Source: Ginglymostoma cirratum (lineage: Eukaryota). Taken from it: a DNA stretch of 60,067 bases. The notes below the pieces were generated by a model. That model was not told the origin of the DNA. It saw nothing but the letters and a program-made list of their open reading frames with translations, and did no database searches. Below are positions 47,726-60,067 of the stretch, one piece after another. Location: the NCBI GenBank assembly GCA_024137785.1, contig JAHRHZ010000019.1, positions 788,658-848,724 on the forward strand, written 5' to 3'. The position numbers and the translations under genes are program-made. Numbering within the stretch: position 1 is the first letter of the stretch; the number at the start of each line of letters is the position of its first letter.

Positions 47726-49801
47726 AAGTTTTCCTGCTCCTATGATGCTGCTTGACCTGCTGTGTTCATCCAGCCCCATGCTTGTTGTCTACAGAGTCAG
47801 TTTGGGTTGAGGCCCAGAACAAGAAAGGAGCAGTCACGTTGTTGGGGTTTTTTTACAGACCCCCTCACAGTTGCAGAGAAGTGAAGGAGCGGATTGGGAG
47901 GCAGACACTGAAAAGGTGCAGAAGTCACAGGGTTGTAGTCATGGGTGACTTCAACTTTCCAAATATTGATTGGAAACATTTTAGTTGTAATAGTTTAGAG
48001 GGAGCGGATTTTGTCCAGTGTGTTCAGGCCGTAGCAGGCAGGGGAGATGCGGTCGCTTGAGGGAGCCTTGGTTCTCAAGAGAGGTTGAACGACTGGTTAA
48101 GAGGAAGAAGGGTGCTTATGTAAGGTTTAGGAAACAATGAACGGAAAAGGCTCTCGAGGGATACAAGTTATCCGGGAAGGAGCTAAAGAAAGAGCTGAGG
48201 AGAGCAATAATAGGGCATGAGAAACCTTGGCAGATAGGATCAAGGAAAACTCCAAGGCTTTTTACACGTATGTGAGGAATAAGGGAATGACCAGAGAAAG
48301 GGTAGGGCCAATCATGGATTGTAAAGAGAATTTGTGCACGGAGCCTAAAGACAGAGGAGATGTTCTTAATGAATACTTTTCTTCGGTATTCACAACTGAG
48401 AGGGACCTAGTTGTAGGGGAGGACAGTGTGAAACAGGCTGGCAGGCTAGAGGAGGTCGATGTTAGTAAGGAAGATGTGCTAGGAATTTTGAGGAAGTTGA
48501 AGGCAGATAAGTCCCCTGGGCCTGATTTATCCAAGGATTCTATGGGAAGCGAGGGAAGAGATCGCAGGGCCTTTGGCGATGATCTTTTCGTCCTCACTGT
48601 CCACGGGTATAGTGCTGGAAGATTGGAGAGAGGCAAACGTCATTCCCTTGTTCAAAAAAGGGAATAGGGATAACCCCAGAAATTACAGGCCAGTTAGTCT
48701 TACATCAGTGATGGGCTAATTATTTGAAAGGGCTCTGAGAGAGAGGATTTATGATCATCTGGAAAGGCACAGTTTGATTCATGATAGCATGGATTTGTGA
48801 GGGGTAGATCATGCCTCACAAACCTTAAGGAATTCTTTGAAGAGGTGACCAAACACGTGGATGAAGGTAGAGCAGTGGATGTGTTATACATGGATTTAAG
48901 TAAGACGTTTGATAAGGTTCCCCATGGTAGGTTCATGCAGAAAGTAAGGAGGCATGGGATAGGGCGAAATGGGGCAGATTGGATTCAGAATTGGCTGACC
49001 CTTAGAAGACAAGGGGTGATGTTGGACGGAAAATATTCAACATGGTGCTCAGTTACGAGTGGTATGCCACAAGGATCTGTCCTGGACCCTCTTCTAGTTG
49101 TGACTTTTGTAAATGATTTGGATGAAGGAGTGGAAGGGTGGGTTAGCAAGTTCGCAGACGATACAAAGGTGGGTCACGTTGTGGACAGTGGGGAGGGCTG
49201 TTCTCGGTTACAAAGGGACATTGATAGGATGCAGAGCTGTGCTGAGAAGTGGCAGATGGAGTTTAACCCTGAAAAGTGTGAGGTGATTCATTTTGGAAGG
49301 ACAAACTTGAAAGCAGAACACAGGGTTAATGGAAAGATTCTTGGCAGTGTGGAGGAGCAGAGGGATCTCGGGGTTCATGTCCACAGTTCCCTGAAAGCTG
49401 CCTCTCAGGTGGATAGAGTTGTTAAGAAGATGTATGGTGTGTTAGCTTTCATTAATAGAGGGATCGAGTTCAAGAGCCGTGAAGTTATGCTCCAGCTATC
49501 TAAAAGCCTGGTTTGGCCACACCTGGAGTATTGTGTCCAGTTCTGGTCACCTCATTACAGGAGAGATGTAGAAGCGTTGGAAAAGGTGCAGAGGAGGTTT
49601 ACCAGGATGTTGCCTGGAATGGAGGGAATGTCTTATGAGGCAAGGTTGAGAGAGCTAGTGCTTTTCTCTTTCAAACAATGAAGGATGAGAGGTGACTTGA
49701 TAGAGGTGTACAAAATGATCAGAGGTATAGATAGAGTAGACAGTAAGAGACTTATTCCTCAGGTGGAAGTAGCTATTACAAGGGGGCACAGTTTTAAAGT
49801 G

Positions 49802-50095
49802 AATTAGAATCAGAAGCCCTACAGTGTGGAAACAGGCCCTTCAGCCCAACAAGTCCACACCAACCCTTGGAGCATCCCACCCAGACCCATCCCCCTATAA
49901 CCCACACATTCCTGAACACTATGGGCAATTTAGCATGGCCACTCCACCTAGCCTGCACATCTTTGGACTGTGGGAGGAAACCGCTGCAGACACATGGAGA
50001 ATGTGCAAACTCCACACAGACAGTTACCTGAGGCTGGAATCGAACCCAGGTCCCGTGAGACCGCAGTGCTAGCCACTGAGCCACTGTGCCACCCC
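49802..50095 (-). mobile_element. HE1-type V-SINE inserted in CR1
   Basis: Reverse complement ggggtggcacagtggctcagtgg...ggttcgattcc...ctgtgtggagtttgcacattctcc; candidate TSD aagtg. Confidence 0.87.
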
Positions 50096-50959
50096 AAGTG
50101 GAGGTAGATACAGGGGAAATGTCAGAGGTAGGTTCTTTACTCAGAGAGTGGTAGGGGCGTGGAATGCATTGCCAGAGAGGGTAGTGGAGTCGGCCTCATT
50201 AGGGGCATTTAAGCGGCTGTTAGAAAGGCATATGGATGATCTTTTAAGGTCGGGGTGGAGGTTAGATAGACCTTAGGATTAGGGTAAAAGTTCAGCACAA
50301 CATCATGGGCTGAAGGGCCTGTACTGTGCTGTACTGTTCTATATGTTCTATAACCCTGTTTTTTCCGTCACAGATGCTGCCAGACCTGCTGATCTTATCC
50401 AGCAACTTTGTTTTTGTTGTTGTTGTGACTGTGATCGCTGGGTTTTTTTTTGGGTATCCTCCATTTTAACTTATCCAGTTTCTCCATCGCTGCCTGCTCT
50501 TTCAGACTCTGCTTCAGATCTAACCATTTGATCAAGTTTCTGAAACAAGAGTTGCACAAGACTGGAAATGGCAACGTTGTTTCTCTCTCCATAGATGCTG
50601 TGGGATCTGCTGAGTTTCTTCAGCAATTTTTGTCTTTTAATCACATTTCGGGGTTTTTGTTTTAAGGTCTCATTCCTCAACTGGTGATAACACTTGATCA
50701 CTTCCTCACTTGTGCAAAGATTTGACATCATTTTACTCAGTGCATGCTGCTAAATAAATGGCAGTTGTTGTTGTAGATATGATGGGTTTTGACCCAGTGT
50801 TTTTGAATAAGTGTTTTCACCATTTACAGGATTGTAACAAATGTGTGAATTCTTAATGTTTAAGTCACTGATTGTGAGAAACTTGCACTGAAAAATAATT
50901 AAGGCCACTCCTGAAATAAACCTCTCCGAGTCTCATTTAGAATATGCAGCCAGTAATAT

Positions 50960-51147
50960 CCTTCCTCAGGAAAGAGCAGTCATTGGCGTATTGTCACTGC
51001 TTCCTCTTTACGGACACTTCAGCTTCTTTAACTCCTGAGAAAAGGAACATTAAAGAAGCTGCAGTTGGCTGGCACACTTTGTGTTTCGATGTATTAACTG
51101 AACGTACAATAAACTGTGTGGATAAACAGGGTTGTTGCACTGTTGAG
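50960..51147 (+). promoter_or_regulatory. Putative promoter/5'UTR of copy B
   Basis: Immediately upstream of the leader ATG; PU.1/Spi-like site (reverse complement AAAGAGGAAGCAG, 50997-51009) and inverted CCAAT (attgg, 50982-50986). Motif matches only. Confidence 0.4.
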
Positions 51148-51199
51148 ATGATCAGTGGAACTCAATTTGCTGTGACCCTGTCCCTCTGTGTTGCTTTGG
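51148..51199 (+). CDS. Leader (signal peptide) exon of paralogous copy B
   Basis: MISGTQFAVTLSLCVAL+G then consensus gtaagt; phase 1 as required by the V exons; followed by sequence paralogous to that preceding V1. Confidence 0.82.
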
Positions 51200-54100
51200 G
51201 TAAGTGTTTGCTTTGGAGAAGTTTAACTTGTTAGAAAGACCTTCCCATGGTTTGTGCTGCTCTGGAGTTTATGTGAATTCTATACGTTTGAACATTCAGA
51301 ACTGGAGGGGAGTGTCACAGGGAGAATTTCTCACTGTCTGGAAATAGTTTGTTGCAGCTGACACAGAGCTCCATGGCTGGGAACACAGACCAGAAAACAT
51401 AGTGTTCCTCCCATCCTTTCCTGTCATTCATTGAATGGGAGAATGGGATTGAGGAGCAGGTTGCACATTAAAGTGTGTATTTGGGGTGGATTGGATTAGT
51501 CTGTGTGTTCACTGGGTCTTGTTGGGGTGGATTTGAAAGACAGCCAACTGTTTTTTTGAAATTGGTGATTTTACAGCTTTCTGATTCAGAATGCGTTTCA
51601 CCAATGGAACCATGCTGACACTCACAACAATTCTCTACAATCAATAATATTTAATTTGTTCCATTAAAACATCTCCAGGACTTCACAAACTGTGAATCAG
51701 TTTGAAGTTCTGTACCTGTGACAGCTCAGAACCCTGGGACTGGTCCAAACCGGGAACATTTCAAATGTGCTGAAAGTCAGTTCATGTTTTATGTGATGGT
51801 GTTAATTGAAGGAAGGGTTTTAATGGTCAGGAGACTGTTCTTTTTAAAATTCTGTTTTGTGATCTTTAAATCTTCAAACTAGACCACTGATCACCCCACG
51901 AAAATCTGATGGAAACAACGGCAGAGTGCAATCTTCTCTCTGTTGTTGCTGCTTGTAGTCACTCCTGCCAGGTGATCTGCTGCCACTGTGACACACTCGT
52001 CTGTATCTAGCAGCCTCACACGCTCACTGTATCTTTTCTGTAACTGCTCTGTGACATTTGCCCATTCTACCAGAATGTCAGCTTTGAGCCAAGCTCCTGG
52101 AAGCTGTGGCTACCAAAACCATGTGTGAGTGACCAACTGAGGCAAGCTTTCCCCCTAGAATCACAGAGACTGTAATATCCCCCATTGCTCCCACCATTTC
52201 CCAACTGTTTAATGGACAGACTATAATGTGTAACAAACTGAGGATTTCACCATCTACAGACCAAAGATAGAGATTGCCTGCAGGAAATGCGATTTTGACA
52301 ATTCAGCTGAGATGCGGATTGCATTTTCTGCACAATAGCTGCAAAGTGAGCCCAGGAAGCTGAAAGGGGAAACAATATTTGCTGTGCAGTGTGTAATTTC
52401 ACTGTTTCCACAATCACAAACATGTTCTGATTAAGAAGAAAGCCATTGGTCCTAGCGTTTCAGTACTGGTTCTCTGAGCGCTTTAACTACAGGAGATCAG
52501 TGAGATCCTAAACAAGTATTTTTTGTCAGTGTTGACTGTAGAGAAGGATATGGGATATAGTTGGCATGGGGCAATAGGTAGTGATATCTTGAAAAGTGTC
52601 CATACTATGGAAGGAGAGGTGCTGGATGTTTTAAAATGCATAAAGTTGGATAAATCCCCAGAATCTGGTCAGGTCTATCCCTGAACTTTGTGGGAAGCTA
52701 GTGAAGAGATGTCTGAGCCCCTTGCTGAGATGTTTGTACCATTGAGCGCCAAAGGTGCTGTGTCAGAAACCTTGAGGTTGGCTAATGTGGCACCATTATT
52801 TAAGAAAAGGAGTAAGGAAAAGCTAGGGAACTGTAGACCGATGAGCCTGACATCAATGTTTGGTAAGTTGTTGGAGGGGATTATGTGGCACAGGATTTAC
52901 ATGCATTTGGAAATGTAATGACTGATTAGGGATAGTCAACATGGCTCTGTGCGTGGGAAACTGTGTCTCACTAACCTGATAGAGTTTTTTGAAGAAGAGA
53001 CAAAGAAGATTAATGAAGGCAGAGTGATAGACATTGTCTACATGAACTTCAACGAGACATCGATAAGGTTGTGCATGGTAGATCATTGGCAAGGTTAGAT
53101 CTTGTTGGATGCAGGGGGACTTAGCAAATTGCAAATCAAGTTGGCTCATCAGTAGTAGACAGTGGGTGATAGTGGAGGGTTGTTTTTCAGACAGGCGGCC
53201 TGTGACCAGCGATGTGCTGCAAGGATCAGTGCTGGTTCCACTACTTGTTGTCAGTTAAATAAATTATTTGGATGTGAGTAGAGGACGTATGCTCAGTAAG
53301 TATGCAGATGACAACAGAATTGATGGTGTAGTGGACATTGAAGAAGGTTATCTCAGAGTACAATGGGACCTTGATCAGATGGGCCAATGGGCTGTGGAGT
53401 GTCGGATGAAGTTTAATTTAGATAAACATGAGGTTTTGCATTTTGGTAAGGCCAATCAAAGCAGCACTTGTACAGTTAATGGGAAGGCATTGGGGAATGT
53501 TGCTGAGCAAAGATACCTTGGAGTGCAAATGTGTAATTCCTTGAAAGCGGAGTCTCAGGTAGAGACGGTAGTGAAGAAGGCATTTGGAAAGCTTGTCTTC
53601 ATTGGTAATTGCATTGAGATTAGACGTTAGTCCACTTTTAGAATATTGCGTTCAGTTCTTATCTCCTTGCCAGAAGAAAGATGTTGTTAAACTTGAAAGC
53701 TTTCCAAAAAAAATGAGAAGGGTGTTGCGAGGTTAAGAAGGTTTGATCTATAGGGAGAGGATGAACAGGGTGGGGCTATTTTCCCTGGATTGTTGGAGGC
53801 TGAAGGGCGACCTTATAGAGCTTTATAAAATGCTGAGGTGCACAGATACGGTGAACATCCAGAGTCTTCTTTCCCAGGGTAAGGGAGTCCAAAACTGGAG
53901 GGCAGAAGTTTAACAGGAGAGAGGAAAGATTTAAAAGTGACCTAATGGGCGACATTTTAACGCAGAGGGTGGTGTGTGTCTGGGACGAGTTGCCAGAGGA
54001 GATGATGGAGGCTGCTACAATTACAGAATCAAAAAGGCACTTGGATGGGTACATGAATAGGAAGGGTTTTGAGGGATCTGGCCAAATGTTGGCAAATTGG

Positions 54101-55818
54101 ACTTGATCAGTTTAGGATATCTGGTTGGCCAAGGCCAGCTGGATCGAATGGCCTGTTTCCTTGCTGCACAGCTCTATGACTTAGTGACTCCCTAACTTGA
54201 CGCGAATCACTTGTCTTTTCCCCTTCATTCTGCACATTGTTTCTGTTTAAATAATCATCCAATACCCTGCTAAGTGCCTCAATTGAACCATAACACTATT
54301 ACACCAGAAGACATAGGAGCAGAAACATTCCATTCAGTCCATTGAGTTGCTTGCCTTTCAATGACATCAAGGGTTCTTTGATAATCCCCAACTTGACCTT
54401 CTTGTTTTTTTTCTCTATATCCCTTGATTTACTTTCTGATTAAAAATCTGCCTTTCTCAAACTTTTACATCCTGAACAACACAGCCTCAACAGCACTGTG
54501 TTGTACAGATTTCTCCTCACAGGGAACAAATTCCTTCTTATTTCTGCCTTAAGTGCGCATCCCCTTATTCTGAGATTCTGTCCTCTGCTCCCAGACTCTC
54601 TCACACCAGAAGTAATTTTTTATGCACCTACCCTGTCAAATCCTGTAAGAATCTTTTACTTTCCAATATGGTTGCCTCTCATTCTTCAATATTTTGATGA
54701 GTACAAGCCCAAGCAACTTAACCTCTCCCCATAAGACAATCTTTCCTCACTGAATATCAGCTCAATGATTCTTCTGTAGACAGCCTCCAAAGACAGGACA
54801 TCTTTCCTCAGATAAGGAACCCAAAACTGTTCACACTATTCCAGTTATGTTCTGAATTTGTGCTTTGTATAGTTTAAGCACAACTTCCTAACTTTATGGT
54901 CTATTTCCTTTGCAAATAAAGGCCAACTCTCCATTTGACTTCACTATTACCAATGGAACTTGGATGTTAGCTTTTTGTGATTCATGGACATTGACTCCTG
55001 AATCCCACTGTGCAGAAGCTTTCTGCAGTTTTTCACATTTCAATCATATTCACCTCCTCTATTCTTCCTGTGAAATTGAATGACCTCACATTTCTTCATA
55101 TTATGTTCCATCTGCCAAGCTTTTTCCCTCTCACTTTCCAAGTCAATGTCCCTCTGCAGACTTTTTGTCACTACTTGCCTTCCCAACTATTTCTGTGTTG
55201 TCCTCAAACTTGGTGACAGTTCATTCACTTTCCTAATCTAAGTCATTAAAATATATTGTATATAATTATGGCCCCAGCACTGATCCCTGTGCCACTCCAA
55301 TAGCTGTAGGTTGCCATCCTGAAAATGCCCCTCTTTGTTAGCCAATCCTCTATCCATATGCATAAGCTACCTTCAAAACCATGGGGCTCTTATTAAGTAT
55401 CCTCGAGTGTGTGATCTTGTAAAATACTGACTGAAAATCCTAAGGTATTGCATCAATGGCTTCCTATTTTACTAAAGGCAAAATACTGCATATGATAGAA
55501 ACATGAAGCAAGCACAGGGAATGCTGGAGAAACTCAACAGGTCTGGCAGTATCTGTAGAGAGAGAAACAGAACAAACATTTCATGTTCAATCTGACTCTT
55601 CTTTACAATTCCACGTTAACCTGTAATTGAGTCGTTATTTTCGTCACTTTGTCCAAAATACGATGTGCTTTCAAGGAAAGAGTCATTAACTTATCGCCTT
55701 TTTAACATTATTCCCCCCCCCGGTGACCCTGCTCACCGCTGTTTTTCTGAGTTTGTACACTCCGCCTGTTCCTGTCCCACTCTGGGTATTGTTATTCAAA
55801 TACCTGCCCTGTAATGCT

Positions 55819-55903
55819 CTCGGCCCGAAGAGTCAAGCTTTCCTGCTCCTACGATGCTGCTTGGCCTGCTGTGTTCATCCAGCTCCACACCTTGTTATCT
55901 CTA
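55819..55903 (+). mobile_element. Short PLE terminal-repeat insertion, 14-bp TSD
   Basis: TSD tgccctgtaatgct at 55805-55818 and 55904-55917; empty site in copy A near 5128-5141. Confidence 0.85.
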
Positions 55904-57402
55904 TGCCCTGTAATGCTGCTGCCTCACCTTGTTTTGTCAGCCTCCAAATGCTTTCTCCTGAACTCTGCCCCCTTCTAATTAGTTTACATACCTCTCCACA
56001 GCCCTGGTTGTTCAATTCACCAGGGCACTAATCCTAGCATTGTTCAAGTGAAACCTGTCCCAGGAGAACAGCCCCCTTTTACACCAGTACTGGTGCCAGT
56101 GACCCATGAACGAAAACTTATTCCACCTCAAACTCCAAACAATGTATTTCACTGATTGACGCCATATCCCTATTCCCATTTGCCTATGGCTCAGGCAGTA
56201 ATCCAGAGATTCTTATCTCGGAAGTTCTGCTTTATAATTTAGCTGTGAAATGTTCAAAGTCTGTCAGTGAAACCTCCTTTCATGTGTTTCCAGTGTCATT
56301 GGCCTCGACATAGATGATGATGACTGGATACTTCTCCTTCTTCTCCAAGTTCTTCTCCAGCCCTGAGGAGGTATCCTTTACCCTGGCACTGGTCAGGCAG
56401 CACATCCTTCTGGAATTATGCTCATGTCTGTAGAGAGCAGGATCTATCCCCCTCATTATACTGTTCCCTCCCACAACGACATTCCTATTTCCTCTCCCCA
56501 CTTGAATCACTCCCTGTCCCAAGGTGCCATGGACAGTTTGCACATTCTCCCTGCAGTCCCCACTCTTGCCCACACACCTTGCAAGAACCTTATAACTGCT
56601 GGATAACTGCAGGAGCTGAGGCTCCTCAAATGTAATTCCATGGAACCCATACTGGCCTCACACGCAGTCACAGCGTCCTGACCCTGATCAATGACTAGTC
56701 TTCAATTTCCTTGTCCAAGATGTGTGAGCACCCTCTGCAGAAAGGTTTCCAGGGAACTTTCCACTTCCCTAATAAAGGAGTGAGTGAGGTAAGATATTGA
56801 CTGTGATCCGGGACGCGGTGCTCAAGGTCGGAGGTAGTGATATTAAGATAATGGCCTCATCAGTGACCCCCACAATGGAGAATGTGAAAGGAGGATCCCA
56901 AGGCAGTCACTACCAGTTAGAAGAGCATCTGGTCGATCCAGTCCAGTCCATGTCCCTCAGAGAGGTGCGGCTGCATTCAGAGAGAAATCAATGTCCTTTA
57001 CTTTTGCTGCTTCTTTCTACCAGATTCCCTCATTTATATTCACTGTTCCCCTCCTGTGTTCATTCACTTTGAGTGAAGTGCTGGCCTCTCTTTTTTTCTT
57101 GCCTCGTGCTTCCAAGCTCCAAATTTCTGAATCTATTTGTGGGAACTGCTGCCTCATTCACTTCCCTGTCAGTTTTGGTCTGTCTGCTTGGTCACAGTTT
57201 AGCTCAGCTTCTAATTTCACAATTCACCTTACATGGCAGAAAACAGTTTCTTTGCTGCCTTTAAATCAGTTCCTGTTTTCAGTCTCACTGTTTGAACTCC
57301 TGAGGCTGTCATTTGTTCTGCCTTCTGTACTGCCTGAGAAAATTCTTATATTAAAGACATAAAACCAGCCTGCGAAACTAAACAAAGCATTAAATCACTG
57401 TA

Positions 57403-57601
57403 GGCCAAGCAGCACCAAATCTCGGATTCTCCAACATCTGCACTACCTATTATCTCTGATACAATTTTAACCCCACTGCGAAGCCTCTTGTAAGGATGCC
57501 TAACCTTTCCTGCTCCTGTGGTGCTGCTTGGCCTGCTGTGTTCATCCAGCTCCATACCTTGTTATCTCGGATTCTCCAGCATCTGCAGTACCTATTATCT
57601 C
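57403..57601 (+). mobile_element. Short PLE-derived insertion with partial tandem termini, 15-bp TSD
   Basis: TSD cattaaatcactgta at 57388-57402 and 57602-57616; empty site in copy A near 10492-10506. Confidence 0.85.
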
Positions 57602-59950
57602 CATTAAATCACTGTATTTATTCAAAAGCGTTATGATATTCATTTAAACTTGTCTGAAAAAGGCCACCATAGGTAGGGCTGTGTTTCCTAAAACAAATTT
57701 GTGAGATCTAAGCTGTAAAAATATTGCTATTCGTTGAGAGTCTGTAGTTGAAATCCTGAAAAAAATCCTCCTAAATGGCATTGTGGGTCTACCTGCAGCA
57801 CATGGACTGCAGCAGTGCAAGACCATAGGCACAAAGAAAATAGGAGCAGGAGAAGGCCATTCGGCCATTGTAGGCCCTCACATCTACTCCATGTTTCATT
57901 ATCATCATGGCTGATCCTCCAACTCAATATCATGTTCCTTCTTTTCCCCCATATCCTTTGATCCCTTCAGTCACAAGTACTATATCCAGCACATTCTAGA
58001 AGTCATGCAAAGTTTTGACCTCAATTATTTAGTGAATACCGCAAGTTCCCCACTCTCTGGGTGAACACAATTCTCCTCATCTCAGTCCCAAATGGTTTAC
58101 TCAGTATCCTCAGACTGTGATCCCTGGTTCTGGACTCACCTGTTATCAGGAACATCCTTCCTGCATCTAACCTGTCTAGTCATGTTCAACTTTTATAGAA
58201 TTATTTGAGACTCGCCCTCAAATTCTTCTGAAGTGCAGTGAATTCAATTGGAAATGGTTCAACTTCTCTTCATACTTAATATCAACAACCAAGGGGTCAG
58301 TCTGGTAAACCTTTGCTGCACTCCCCCTGTAGCAAGAACATCCTTCCTCAGATAAGGAGACAAAAATTACTCACAATATTCCATGTGTGGTCTCTCCAAG
58401 ACTCTGTATAACTGCAGTAACACATTCCTGCCCCTGTACTCATATCCTCTCACTGTGAAGGCCAATGCACTATTTTCCTTTTTTACTGCCTGCTGTATCT
58501 GCAACATTTCTTTTCAGTGACTGGTGTACAAAGACACCCAGGTCTCATTGTACATCCACCACTCCCCAACTATCATCCTTCAAATAATAATCAACCTTCT
58601 TGCTTTTGTATCAAAGTGGATAAGCTCACATTTAACCACATTATCCTGCATCTGCCATGCATTTGACCATTCACTCAACTTGTCCAATTCACACCGAAGC
58701 ATCATTGCATCCTCCGCACAACTTATCCTCCCACCCACCTTATGTCACTTGCAAACTTGGAGATATTATGTTTAGTTCCCTCATCTAAATCATTCATATA
58801 TATTGTGAATAGCGGCGTCCTAGCATTGAGGTATCCCATTAGTCACTGGCTACCAATCAGAAAAAGACCCATTTATTCTTGCTCTTTGTTTGCTGTTTGC
58901 TAACCAGTTCTCTATCCATCTCAATATTCAACATCCAAAGCCAATGTCCTTTAATTTTACACATTAATCTCTCATGTGATTTTCTCAAAAGCCTTCTGAA
59001 TGTCCAAATAAACCACATCCACTGTCTCCCCTTCATCAACTCTATGAGTAACATGCGTGAAGAGTTCCAGTCAATTTGTGAAGCTTTTGTAAATCCCTGC
59101 AGCCTCAGTTTTCAAAGTGCTCTGTTATTAAATCTTTTATGATGGAATCTAATATTTTCCCAGTAGCACTGTCAGGTTGACTGGTCTATAATTCCCTGCC
59201 TCCCTTTTCAAACAGTGGGGTTACATTAGCTACCCACCAACTGTTCAGAATCTGTAGAATCTTGGAAGATGACCAACAATGCATCCATTACTTCCAGGGC
59301 CACTCCCTTAAATGCTCTGGAATGGAGATTATCAAACCCTGCAGATTTATTAGCTTTCAATCTCATAAATTTCCCCAACAACATTTGTTGACTAATCTGA
59401 TTTCCTTCAGTTCCTCCTTCTCAATGAACCCTTTGTTCCCCAACATTTCTGGAATGTTACTTGTATCCTCCTTTGTGAGCACAGAGACAAAGTTTGCACT
59501 TAGTTCCTTAGCCAGTTCTTTGCTCCCCACTAGGAATTCTAGTTTCTGACTGTAAGGCAACTACATTTATCTTCACCAATCTTCTTGTCTTCAGATCCCA
59601 ACAGAAAAAAAAATTCTGGTCAGATTTTATGTTCCCCTCAAACATACGCTCATCTATTATTTTCTTTCCCTTAATCCTTTCTTTAATCCCTTAATCTTTC
59701 CAATAATCAATCACTCCTCTGTTCCGTTATTTTGTTAGGCCAATTTGTTTGCTTCTTCGTTGGATCTTACACTATCTCCAATTTCCCGTGTACGCCATGG
59801 TTTGGTCACCTTTCCAATTTTACTTTTGTGCAGGTGGCAGTAGCTATGGTAAGGATCCTTGTATACCCCCTGTTGTTAGTCACTAACAGTCCCCATAAAT
59901 GACTATTCACCCTCCCAGCCTGATCGTTACCAACTCCTTTGTCTGTCCAG

Positions 59951-60067
59951 AGATAAAAGGTACTGCAGATGCTGGAGAATCCGAGATAACAAGCATGGGG
60001 CTGGATGAACACAGCAGGTCAAGCAGCATCATAGGAGCAGGAAAACTTGACGTTTCGGGCCTAAACC
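59951..60067 (-). mobile_element. Terminal repeat of a young PLE inserted into an older PLE remnant (about 59866-59950); runs off window end
   Basis: The 117 nt read identical to 46477-46593. Confidence 0.88.

Larger units (their letters stand above)
46477..47785 (+). mobile_element. Young 5'-truncated PLE (GIY-YIG part) with inverted terminal-repeat copy at its 5' end; 15-bp TSD
   Basis: TSD tgtctacagagtcag at 46462-46476 and 47786-47800; NVVYCIRCTRCGFLYIGETKRRLGNRFAEH; about 46515-46600 is inverted relative to 47700-47785. Confidence 0.93.
44960..50352 (+). mobile_element. Near full-length degenerate CR1 (ORF1 about 44999-45933, broken ORF2) with nested PLE and SINE
   Basis: CSCC...CEKC, GDSIVRG, IGTND and DGLH; YFNARS, GDFNFP, SGMPQGSVL and FADD; multiple stops and frameshifts. 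Confidence 0.92.
52138..59863 (+). repeat. Segmental duplication: intron 1 of copy B, paralogous to 1413-13487
   Basis: Same CR1 relics at about 52490-54180(+), 54290-55470(-), 55960-56770(-) and 57820-59840(-), with the same unique spacers. Confidence 0.93.

Noticed and set aside
51909-51971. Second leader-like stretch (SAIFSLLLLLVVTPA)
   Set aside because: The ATG is out of frame with the hydrophobic run, the donor is weak and the phase does not fit the V exons; 51148-51199 is a much better leader.

Overview
Eukaryotic, repeat-rich DNA, most likely from a cartilaginous fish (inferred from HE1-type V-SINEs, DeuSINE-like fragments, CR1 LINEs and Penelope-like elements). Most ORFs in the track are retroelement-derived or spurious. 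Between the repeats lies a spliced + strand immunoglobulin-superfamily receptor gene ('copy A'). It has three germline-joined V-J-type exons (14200-14544, 16413-16757, 22758-23105), a transmembrane exon with a TCR-like lysine (23638-23786), and small cytoplasmic exons that splice into a canonical ITAM (DSTYM|ALQQHDCSIYSEL; 32196-32237 + 33460-33502), ending at 35207. I found no RSS and no C1 exon. Copy A looks damaged: V2 has TAA-TGA in frame, and comparison with the paralog shows its promoter/leader was deleted at about 1413. A tandem paralog ('copy B') starts with an intact leader exon at 51148-51199; its intron 1 (52138-59863) matches 1413-13487, so its V exons should lie just past the window end. 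The window also has a near-intact full-length CR1 (18505-22747) inserted 10 nt before the V3 exon, Penelope-like elements with minimal hammerhead-ribozyme motifs, nested LINE/SINE insertions and a 100-N gap. Exon models come from reading splice sites and frames by eye, without transcript data; repeat boundaries are approximate unless a TSD is quoted.
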